DNA of 64,000 nt, from positions 35,774,001 to 35,838,000 of the forward strand of contig OZ336882.1 in NCBI GenBank assembly GCA_965287045.1, in the 5' to 3' direction. A program made the translations under genes and the position numbers. This document shows, piece by piece, positions 53,701 to 64,000 of this stretch (position 1 is the first letter of the stretch; each line of letters starts with the position of its first letter). The notes under the pieces were generated by a model, which searched no databases, was not told where the DNA came from, and saw only the letters and a list, made by a program, of their open reading frames with translations. The DNA comes from Carcharhinus amblyrhynchos (lineage: Eukaryota).

Positions 53701-55597
53701 CACTGTTTTCTGGTTCCAATGTTTGACACTCTCTTGATTTCTAGTCCTGATGTCTCACAACTTACTGCTGATTTCTGGTCCCTGAAGTCACTCACTCTCT
53801 GCGGTGTCGTGGTCATAAGGTCTCACATTCCTTGCTGTTCCCTGGTCCAGAATTCTCAGATCTCTGCTGATTTCTGCTCCTGAAGTCTCACAACTTTCTA
53901 TTTATTTCTGATCCTGAAGTCCCTCAATCTCTGCTGTTTTATGATCCAGAAGTCTTGAACTCTGTGGTGTTTTCTGGTTCAGACCTCTTGCACTCTCTGC
54001 CATTTTCTAATCATGAAGTTTTTCACTTTGTTGATTTCTGGTCTCTGAAGTCTTCCAACTTTCTGCTGGTACCTAGTCCTAAAGTCTTGCACTCTCTGCT
54101 GTTTTCTCATGTTGAGGTGTTGCACTTTCTCTTGATTTCTAGTGCTGATGACTCACCATCTTCTGTTGATTTCTGATCCCTAAAGTCTCACAATTTTCCG
54201 CTGATTTCCAGTCCTGAAGTCTCTTACTTTCTGCTGATTCTCAGACCTGACGTCTCCCGCTCTCAGCTGTTATCTTGTCCTGAAGTCTCGCAACTTTCTG
54301 TTCTTTCCTAAACCTGAAATCTCTCAATCTCCACTGTTTCTTGGACTTGAATTCTTCCACACTACTGTTTTCTCATCTAAAACTCTGAAATCCTGTCCTG
54401 ATTTCCAATTCTGAGGTCTCACAACATTCTGCTGATTTCTGGTCCTAATGTCTTGCACACATTCTGCTGTTTTCTGGTCATAATGTCAGTCACTCTGCTG
54501 TCTTCTGTCCCCAGTATCTCTCATTGTCAACTGTACTCTGATCTCGATGTATTCTATGCTGCAGTTTTTTGGCCCTAAAAGACTGCACTCTGCTGATTTC
54601 TGGTGCAGAAGTCTCACAACTTTCTGCTGATGCCTGGTCCTGATGTCTCACACTTTCTGCTCTTTCTGGTCATAAAGTCTGTCAGTCTCTGCTGCTTTTT
54701 GTTCCTGAACTCTTGAACTCTCTGGTGTCTTCTGGTCTGGAATTACCATACTCTCTGTTCTTTTCTGACCTGATGTTTTGCACTCTGATAAAGTCTTAAA
54801 GCCTGGCATTGTCTCCTGATGTCTCACAACGTTCTATTGATTTCTGGACTCTGAAGTCTTTCCACTTTTTGCTGATACCTGTTCCTAAAGTCTCACACTC
54901 CCTGCTGATTTCTTATCCTGATGTCTTGCATTCTCTCTTGATTTCTAGTTCCAATGCCACACTATATTCTGTTGATTTCTGATCCTTAAAGTCTCACAAG
55001 TTCCTGCCGATTTTTGGTCCTGGCGCCTCTTACTATTGCTGTTGTCTGGTCATGAAGTCTCACAAACTTCTCACTCTTTTATAATCCTAAAGTCTTTCAA
55101 TCTCTGCTGTTTTCTGGCACAGAACTCTTGCACTCTCTGCTGTTTTCTCATCCAAAAGTCTGGGATTCTCTCCTGATTTCCAGATCTGAAGTCTCCCAAC
55201 TTTCCAGTTGAAACCTGCTCCTGAAGTCTCGCTGCTGTTTTCTGGCCCCAATGCTTCTTGCTGTCCACTGTTACCTGATCATAATGTCTTCCACACTGCT
55301 GTTTTCTGCTGGTAAAGGAATTCATACTGATGTTTTCTGGGCGTGGGTTCTCTTCCTTTCTGCTGCTTTCTGATCTTAACATCTCCCACTCTCCACTTCT
55401 TCTGCCACAAAGTCTTGTACTCAGCTTTTTATAACCTTAAATCTACACAGTTTCCTGCCTGAAGGTCTTACTCTGTCCGTTATCTCCTGCACCAAAGTGT
55501 CACTCACCGCTGTTTCCACAAGTTTCCTTCCTGTAAGTTTCAAACTCTTACCTGTTTCCTGCATCAAAATCTTGAACTCTACTGTTTTCTGGTCCGT
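50762..55597 (+). repeat. Direct tandem duplication of a 2418-bp satellite block (50762-53179 and 53180-55597)
   Basis: Identical translated ORFs recur at an exact 2418 offset (50842/53260, 50984/53402, 51223/53641, 51537/53955, 52653/55071). No differences in the parts compared by eye. Confidence 0.96.
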
Positions 55598-58500
55598 AAG
55601 TCTTGCACTTTCAGCTGTTCTCTGGACCAGAACTCTCACATTCTGCTGGTTTCTTGTCTTGCATTCTGTCTTCATTTCTTGTTCTGATGTCGCACCATAT
55701 TCTGCTGACTTCTGATCCATAAATTCTCACAACCTTCTACTGATGCCTGGTCCAGAATGTTCAAACTTTCTCCTTTTCTCTGATCTTGATGTCTTGCATG
55801 CTGCTGCTTTCTAGTCCAAACATCTCCTGATTTTCATTCTTGATGTCTTGCACATTCTGCTGTTTTTTGGTCCTGACATCTTGAACTCTCTGCTGTCTTC
55901 TGGTCAGGAACTGTCACACCCTCTGTTGCCTTCTGATCCTGAAGTCTTGCATTCGGCTAAAGACCTAAAGTCTGGCATTGTCTCCTGATTTCTGATCGAG
56001 GTCTCACAATGTTTTGCTGATATCTGGTCCTGAGGTCTCGCACTTTCTGCTGTTTTCTGGCCCCAATGTCTCTCACTGTCCACTGTTATCTGATCTTGAT
56101 GTCTTGCCCTTTGCTGTTTATGGGTCATAATGTCTTTCACTCCACTGTGTTCTGGTCCAGAATTCTGATGCCCACTCCTGATTTCTAGTCCTGATGTCTC
56201 ACAAGTTAGGGCTGAGTTCTTGTCCCTGAAGTCTCGCACTCTCTGCGGTGTCCTGGTTATGAATCTCACACTCCCTGTTATTTCCCAATTGAGCGTTCCC
56301 ATACTCTCTGCTGCTTCCTGCTCCTGAGGTCTTCCAGCTTTCTGCTTATTTCTGATCTTGAAGTCTCTTAATCTCTTCTGTTTTCTGGTCCAGAACACTC
56401 TGGGGTTTTCTTGTCTGCCATTTTCTGATCATGCTGTCTTACACCCTGCTGTTTTCTAAATGTCTTTCATTCTGCTGTCTCCTGGTCCTCAGACTGGCAC
56501 TCTCTCCTGATTTCTGGTCCTGATGTCTCATGACATTCTACTGTTTTCTGGCCCCATATCTCTCACAGTGTAATGCCTTCCAATCCTGATCTCTTGCACT
56601 CTGCTGTTCTCTGGTCCTAAAGCCTGGCCCTCTCTCTTGGTTCTGAGACCCGTTTTTCACAATTCTGCCAATTTCTGGTCCTGAAATCTCGCAACTTTCA
56701 GCTTCTTTCTGATCTTGAAGTCCCTCAATCTCTGATGTCTTCTGATCCTAAATTCTCGAACACTCTAATTATTTTCTGGTCCAGAACGCTAACACTCTCC
56801 ACCATTTTCTGATCATGAAGTCTTTCACTCTGCTGATTTCTGGTCTCTGAAGTCTCCCAACTTTCTGTTGACACCTGGTCTGAAAGTCTCGCACTCTCTG
56901 TTGCTTTCTCATCTTGACATCTTGAACTCTCTCTTGATTTCTAGTTCAGATGTTGCACCATGTTCTGTTGATTTCTGATCCTTAAAGTCTCACAACTTTC
57001 TGCTGAGTTCTGGTCCTGAAATATCACACGCCCCCTTCATTTCAGGACCTATGGTCTCTTCACTGTCTCCTGCATTAACATCTCTCACACTCCACTGTCT
57101 ACTACGCCAAAATATCACACACTCTGCTCTGGCGTGACCCAACATCTCACACTCTGTTCTTTCCCACCATAGGGTCTCACCATCTCTGGTGTCTCCTGCA
57201 ACAGAGTCTAACATTAACCACGGTTTCCTTTCCGGAAGCCACAATCTCTTCACTATTTCCTTCCTGGAAGTCTCAAACTCTCCATTCTTTCCTGCCACAA
57301 GGTCTCGTACTCAACTTTTTATGAGACTAAATCTCTCAGTCTGCACAGTTTCCAGATAAAGATCTTACACTCTCTGTTATCTCCTGCATCAAAGTCTCTC
57401 ACTCACCGTTGTTTTCTGTCACAAAATTTCTCACTCTCCGCTCTTCCCTTCATGGAAATTTCAGACTCTCCCTTGTTTCCTGCACTTGACTTCTGGTCTC
57501 TGACGTCTCCCAACTTTCTGCTGATATCTGTTCCTAAAGTCTTGCACTCTCTCCTGTTTTCTCATCTTGACGTCTTGAATTCTCTCTTGATTTCTAGTTC
57601 TGGTGTCTCATCATGTTCTGTTGATTTTTGGTCCTTAAAATCTTGCAACTTTCTGTTGATGTCTCGCCCTTGCTGCTGTTTTTTTTTGGTCCTGAAATCT
57701 TAACTCTCTGCTGTTTTCTGGTCTGGAACTGTCGCTCTCTCTTTGCTGTTTTTGGTCCTGAAGTCCTAAAATTTGAAATTGTCTCCTGATGCCTGATGTC
57801 TCAATATTCTGCTGATTGTTGTTTCCAGAGGTTTCTCAGCTTTCTGCTAATAACTGGTTCTGAATTCTTAAACCTTTTTGTTTCCTGGTCATAAAATCAC
57901 ACACACTGCTGTTTTCTGGCCCCAGTATCTCTCACTGCCCATTGTTCTATGATACTGATGTCTTTCATTATGTAGTTTACAGGTCGTAATGTCTCTCACT
58001 CTGTCGTTTTCTGGTCCAAGAGTCTTGATGTCTCACAACTTCCTGCTGGTCCCTGGTCCAGTATTCTCACACTCTCTGCTACTTTCTGGTCCTGAGGACT
58101 CAACTTTCTACTCCTCTCAGATCTTGAAGTCCTTCAATCTCTGCTGTTTTCTGGTCCATAAGTCTGGAACACGCTAGTGTTTTGTTGTCTGGAACTCTTG
58201 CAATCTCTGTCATTTTCTGATCGTGAAGTCTTGCACCCTGTTGTTTTCTGATCCAAATGTCTTTCATTTTGCTGTGGTTCTAATCTTAAGGTCTGGCACT
58301 CTGTCCTGATTTCTATTCTTGATGTCTCACAACATGCTGCTGATTTCTGGTCTCAGAGCCTCCCAAATTTCTGCTGATACCTGGTCCTGAATTCTTGCAT
58401 GTTTTACCATTTTCTGGCCCAATGTCTCTCACAGTCCATTTGTTTCCATTACTGATTTCTTCTCATGAAGACTTTCATTCCACTGTTTTCTGGTCCTAAA

Positions 58501-60814
58501 GCACTCCTTCCTGATTTTGAGACCTACTTTCTCACAACATTCTGCCAACTTCCCGTCCTGAAATCTCGCACTATCTGTTGCTTTTAAGACCTGAAGTCTC
58601 TCTGCTGTCTTCCATCTCAAAATCTTACACACTGCGCTGCAGCCTGCCCCAAAGTTTCTCACTGTTATCTCCTGCCACACAGTGTCACCTTCTCCAATGT
58701 CTCCTGCCCTGTAAGTCTCACATAGCCAATGTTTCCTGCTCGTAAATTTCTCAAATGCCACTGTTTCCTTTCTGGAAGCCTTAAATTCCTCGCTGTTTCC
58801 TGCCACAAAGCCTTGCAGTCGGCTTTTCATGACTCTAAATCTCTCAATCTCTCACAGTTTCCAGATTAAAGTTCTACACACTCTGTTTCCCTGCACTGAA
58901 GTCTCTCACTCACTGCTGTTTCCTGCCATGAAATCTCTCACTCTTCAGTTTCCTTCCCGCAAACTGTCGCCTGTTTCCTGCACCAAAATATTGAGCTCTC
59001 TATTTTCTAGTCCACAAGTCTTGCATCCAGAACTCTCACACTCTGCTGATTTCTCATACTGAAGTCTTGCACTCTCTCTTGATTCTAGTTCTGAAATCTC
59101 AACGTGTAATGTTCATTTCTGGTCCCTAATGTCACATTACTTTCTGCTGAAACCTGGTCCTGAAGTCTTGCATTGTCTGTACTTTTCAGGTCCTGAAGTC
59201 TCTCAATCTCTGCTGATTTCTGGTCCTAAAGTTTTGAACTCTTGGCTGTTTTTCTGATTTGGAATCCTTGCATTCTCTTTTATTTTCTGATCCTGAAGTT
59301 GTTCATCTACTGGCTTCTGGTCCAAAAGTCTTGCATTCTCTCCTGATTTTGAATCCTGATATCTCACAACATTCTGCTGGTTTCTGGTCGCAATGTCTCT
59401 CACTGTCCACTGTTATCTGATCCTGATCTCTTGCACTTTGCGGTTACTAGTCGTAACGTCTTTCACTCCGCTGGTTTCTGTTCCAAAGGTCTTCTTCATT
59501 TCTAGTCCTGATGTCTCACAACTTACTGCTAATTTCTGGTCGCTGAAGTTTCTACTCTTGGCAGTGTCTTGGTCATAAGGTCTCGCATTCCCTTTCTTTC
59601 CCTGGTCCAGAATTCTCAAACTCTTTGCTTTCTGGTTCTGAGGTCTTATAACTTTCTGCTTATTTCTGATCTTGAAATCCCTCAATCCCTGTTGTTTTCT
59701 GTTTAGGAATCTGAACATTGTGGTGGTTTCTGGTCTACAACTCTTGCACCCTTCCATTTTCTGACTGTGAAGCCTTTCGCCCAGCTGATTTCTGGTCCAA
59801 CTGTCTTTCATTCTGCCATGTGGTCCTAAAGTCTGGTGCCCTCTCCTGAATTCTGGTCCTGATGTCTCCCAATTTTCTGCTGATACCTGGTTCTGAAGTC
59901 TCGCACTTTGAGCTTTCGCTACATCAGAACTCTCCCACTCTCAGCTGATTTCTTGCACTCTCTCTGATCTCTAGATCAGCTCTCTCACCATTTTCAGTTG
60001 ATTTCTGGTTCCTAAAGTCTCACAACTTTTTGATGATACCCGGTCCTGATCTCTCAGACTATCTTATCTTTTCAGGTCTTTATGTTTCATACTCTCTGCT
60101 GTTTTCTGGTCCTGAAGTCTGACAACTTTTTGCAGATTTGTGGTCCTGAGGTTTTGCTAATTTCTGCTGATTTCTGATCTGAAGGGTCTCAATCTCTGCT
60201 GATTTCTAGTCCTGAAGTTTTGAATTCTTGCCGTTTTCTGATCTGGAATTTTTGCATGCTCTGCTGTTTTCCAATCCTGAAATCTTGCAGTCTACTGTTT
60301 TCTGGTCCTGACATTTTTCACTTTGCTGTTTTCCAGACCTGCAGTCTCTTCTCCTTTGCTGTTTTTTGGTCCTGAAATCTCGCACTCAATGCTGATTTTT
60401 TGTCCTGAAATTTTGCTCTCTCCACTGTTTTCAGGATGTAAAGTGCCTCCTGTCTCCTGCCCTAAAGTCTCCACGTTCTGCTGTATTCTACTCCAAACTC
60501 TCATACAATCTGCTCTAGTCTGCCCCAAAGTCTCTCACACTCTATTATCTCCTGTTACAAATGTTCGTTCTCTCCAATGTTACCTGCCCAAGTCTCATAT
60601 GGCCGCCGTTTCCTGCCCATAAAACTCTCACTCTCCATTGTTTCCTCCCCAGGAATCTTGAACTCTCTGCTGTTTTCTGTGATGGGAGTGCCAGTAAAGT
60701 CAGGACCATAGTCTTGCACTCAGCTTTTTATGACCCTAAATTTCTCAAACTCCGTTGTTGGCTTACACCCTTTGTTGCCTCCTGCTGAAGTCTATCACTT
60801 ACTGCTGTTTCCTC

Positions 60815-61556
60815 TGTTAGGGACCAGTTCAGAAACTCCAAGGTACACAATGAAGTTAGTCTAGGTCCCAACTATTTTTGAATTTAGGTTTGTGTGAGCA
60901 TCAGGTGTTTCACTCCAGCTGTGATTCTGTTGGCCCACTAGGAAGCTTAAAATAAAATAAACTTTGTTTAACAATGCAATTGAACTACAACAAAAAGCAT
61001 AACTTTTACCAATTGAAATATTTAAACAGGGCAAGATACAATTCTTAACTGCTAGCCTTTCTGTATTAGTTCCAATTTATTTATTTCTCATAGGTGTAAA
61101 TTTCCCTTCACAACAGCAGGGTTACATGCAGATATGCAGGCTGCTAGTCTCTAATCTCCAGAACACCTCTGGAGAGACGATATCTCCTTGCAGGTCTCAG
61201 ATCTTAATCCCCAGAGACAGAAAGAGAGAAGAACTACAGCTCCTTGAAATCTGAACTGAAACCTTTTCCTCTGTAAGCCTAACTCCCCACATTACCACAA
61301 GATGGGCTCTTATCAATCAACCTAATAAAACCCCTACTCTGATATCCCAGGGAAAACCTGAAAAAAATAACAAAACTGCATTAACTCAAATTATACAAAC
61401 ACCCCAATAACTAGGGGCAATTATTTTTCTGCATTCTCAACAGGTAGGTTGCCTGGAGCAGACAAATTGGCACTGTCATCGGAATTCAATTTTAAACCAT
61501 TCCCTTCACAAGAAACATGACACAAAATAACTTCTTAAAGGCATAGTATTATCATA
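60815..61556 (-). mobile_element. Probable solo LTR (742 bp)
   Basis: A-rich non-satellite island starting TGTTAG and ending ATCATA (expected CA end, one change). Exact CCTC on both sides (60811-60814, 61557-61560) fits a 4-bp TSD. No ORF. Orientation is tentative. Confidence 0.7.
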
Positions 61557-62849
61557 CCTCCAGGACATCTCTACTCTCCACTGGTTCCTTCCCAGAAGTT
61601 GCGAACTTACTGCTGTTTCCTACACCAGAATCTTGAACTCTCTGCTGTATTCTGGTCCTGGCATCTCGCACTTTCTGCTCTACTCTGGTCCGGAACTCAC
61701 ACTCCCTGTTGTTTTCTGCCCCTGAACTCTCATACTCTTCGCAGTTCTCTGATCCTCATGTCTTGTAGTCTGCTGTTTTCTGTCCCAAATGTCTTTCATC
61801 CCACTGTTTTCTGGTCTTAAAGCCTGGTACTCTCTCCTGATTTCTATTCCTGTTTTTGCACATCATTTTGCTGATTTCTGGTCCTGAAGTGTCAATCTCT
61901 GCTCTCCCCTGGTCATAAGGTCTCACAGCCCCTGCTGTTTCCTGGTCCTGAATTTTCACACGCTCTACTCATTTCTGGTCCTGAACTCTGTCTCCTGCCC
62001 CTCTGTCTCACACTTTGCTGACATTTACCCCAATATTGCACATTCCGCTGTTAACTGCCCCAAAGTCTCTCTCTCCATTTTGTCCTGCCAGAATCTTGCT
62101 CTCTCTGATGTCTTCTGCCCCATGGTCTCACACAGCCGCTGTTTCTGTTTTGTTTCAGCAATTCCTGTCACTAAATCTCTCACTCTCCATTGTTTGTTTA
62201 CAATACCTAAGTATTGCATTTTGTGCTGTTTTCCAGTCCTGAAGTCTCACACGCTCTGCTGATTTCTTGTCCCAAGGTCTTGTGTTAACCTGTTTTCTGG
62301 TCTTGAAGTCTCTCAGTCTCCACTGTTTCCTGCCACAAAGTCTCGCACTCAAATTTTTTCAGAACCAAAGTCTCTTAATTGCTATTGTCTCCTACCCTGA
62401 AATTCCAGTCAGCATATTTCACAGCCACAAAGTCTCACACTTGGCTTTCTATAATCCCAAGTCTCACAATGTCCACTGTTTCCTGTCCCAAAATCTTGTA
62501 TTCACTGCTGTTTCCAGCCATTAAATTTCTCACACTCCAATTTTTACTTCTTGTAACTCTCTCTCTCCACTGTTTCTGGCCCTGAAGACTCACACCCTCC
62601 ACTGTTTTCTGCTCCTGAGGTCCCTCACTCTCTGCTATATTCTGATCGTAAAAGCTTGCAGTCTGTTGTTTGCTGGCCCTGAAGGCCCACACTCTCTGCC
62701 ATCTCCTACTCTGAAGTCCTGCACTCTCCAGTATCTCCTGCTCAATAGCCTCTCACTCCACTGTCTCCAGTCACAGAGTCTCACTCCCTCAGCTGTCTCC
62801 TGTCCCCAAGTATTGCATTCTCCACTGTCATCTGATCCTGATATCTCTC

Positions 62850-63800
62850 ACTCTCTGTTTTTTGGTCTTGTAGTCTCACTCTCTGCTGTTTTCCAGTCTT
62901 GTAGTCTCTCACTCTCCACTATTTTCTGCTCTTGTAGTCTCTCACTCTCTGCTGTTTTCTGGTCTTGTAGTCTCTCACTCTAGTGTTTTCTGGTATTGTA
63001 GTCTCTCATTCTGTGCTGTTTCCTGGTCTTGTAGTCTTTCACTTTCTGCTGTTTTCTGGTTTCGTAGTCTCTCACTCTCAACTGTTTTCTGGTCTTGTAG
63101 TCTCTCACTTTCTGCTGTTTTTGGTCTTGTAGTCTCTCACTCTCTAGTGTTTTCTGGTATTGTAGTCTGTCATTCTCTGCTGTTTTCCGGTCTTGTAGTC
63201 TCTCACTCTGTGCTGTTTTCTGTTCTTGTAGTCTCACTCTCTGCTGTTTTCAAGTCTTGTAGTCCCCCAATCTCCATTGTTTTTGGTCTTGTAGTCTCTC
63301 ACTCTGTGCTGTTTTCTGGTCTTGTAACATCTCAGTCTCTGCTGTTCTCTGGTCTTGTAGTCTCTCACTCTCTGCTATTTTCTGGTCTTATAGTCTCTCA
63401 CTTTAAACTGTTTTTGGTCTTGTAGTCACTCACTCTCTGCTGTTTTTGGTCTTGTAGTCACTCACACTCTGCTGTTTTCTGGTCTTGTATCTCTCACTCT
63501 CTGCTGTTTTCTGGTCTTGTAGTCTCTCACTCTCCGCTGTTTTCTGCCCTTGTAGTCTCACTTTCTACTGTTTTCTGGTCTTGTAGTCTCTCATTCTCCA
63601 CTGTTTTCTGCTCTTGTAGTCTCTCATTCTCTGCTGTTTTCTGATCTTGTAGTCTCTCACTCTGCTGTTTTCGGTCTTGTAGTCTCTCACTCTCTGCTGT
63701 TTTCCGGTCTTGTATCTCTCACTCTCTGCTGTTTTCTGGTCTTGTAGTCTCTCACGCTCTGTTTTTGGTCTTGTAGTCTCTCACTTTCCACTGTTTTCTG
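62850..63800 (+). repeat. Homogeneous array of one 33-bp monomer variant (about 29 copies)
   Basis: TCTCTGCTGTTTTCTGGTCTTGTAGTCTCTCAC repeated head to tail, with few substitutions and 2-bp TC slippage indels. Confidence 0.95.
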
Positions 63801-64000
63801 GTCCTAAAGTCTGGCTCGTTCCCTGATTTCTAGTCCTTATGTCTCACAACATTATGCTCTTTCCTGGCTTCAAAGTCTCTTAATCTCAGATCTTTTCAGG
63901 TCCTGAAGTCTCGCACTCTCGCTGTTTAGGCCCCAATGTCTTGCACACTCCTCTGTCTCCTGCCACAGAATCTGGCTCTTTTGGCTGGCACTTGCCCCAA

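Larger units (their letters stand above)
1..64000 (+). repeat. Diverged 33-bp tandem satellite (plus approx. 32-bp variant monomer), interrupted by transposable elements
   Basis: Variants of CTCTGCTGTTTTCTGGTCCTGAAGTCTTGCACT (33 nt) and CTGCTGTTTCCTGCCACAAAGTCTCGCACTCA (32 nt) recur from the first to the last line, always in the same orientation. The ORF track shows the matching 11-aa pseudo-period (LLFSGPEVLHS, LCCFLVLKSCT, ECKTSGPENSR). Consensus read by eye. Confidence 0.95.

Noticed and set aside
62850-63800. 33-bp repeats resembling a CRISPR array
   Set aside because: Units are head to tail with no unique spacers, there are no cas genes, and the context is vertebrate.
1-64000. Hundreds of 60-200 aa ORFs with 11-aa periodicity, suggesting a repeat protein gene
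   Set aside because: The 33-bp consensus is open in five of six frames, so such ORFs arise on both strands automatically. Stops, 32-bp units and indels break every frame within a few hundred bases.
1-64000. Hammerhead ribozyme satellite (as in newt satellite 2), prompted by frequent CTGATG
   Set aside because: The consensus is CTGATGT or CTGAAGT, not CTGANGA. Occasional CTGATGA (e.g. 1322) lacks evident flanking stems and a paired GAAA. Not tested computationally.

Overview
Eukaryotic, apparently gene-free 64 kb window. The repeat families point to a vertebrate, most likely a cartilaginous fish (inferred from CR1/HER1-type LINEs and V-SINE/HE1-type SINE pieces). About 85% is one uniformly oriented, pyrimidine-rich, strongly diverged satellite with a 33-bp monomer (approx. 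CTCTGCTGTTTTCTGGTCCTGAAGTCTTGCACT) and a related approx. 32-bp variant, arranged in irregular higher-order blocks of about 2.4-2.8 kb. It includes an apparently identical 2418-bp tandem duplication (50762-55597) and a freshly homogenised 33-bp array (about 62850-63800). Inserted elements: five 5'-truncated CR1-clade LINE copies from about four subfamilies (one nested in another), two TIR elements with 3-bp TSDs (PIF/Harbinger-like, 127 bp and 1060 bp), two SINE 3' fragments at the same paralogous site, and a probable solo LTR. The most unusual object is the LINE at 16509-19853. It has a near-complete ORF2, a long 3' UTR carrying a V-SINE core and a strong splice-acceptor motif, and a fold-back templated insertion at its 5' junction. 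No host CDS, RNA gene or CRISPR array is supported; the many short ORFs are artefacts of the 33-bp (11-codon) periodicity.
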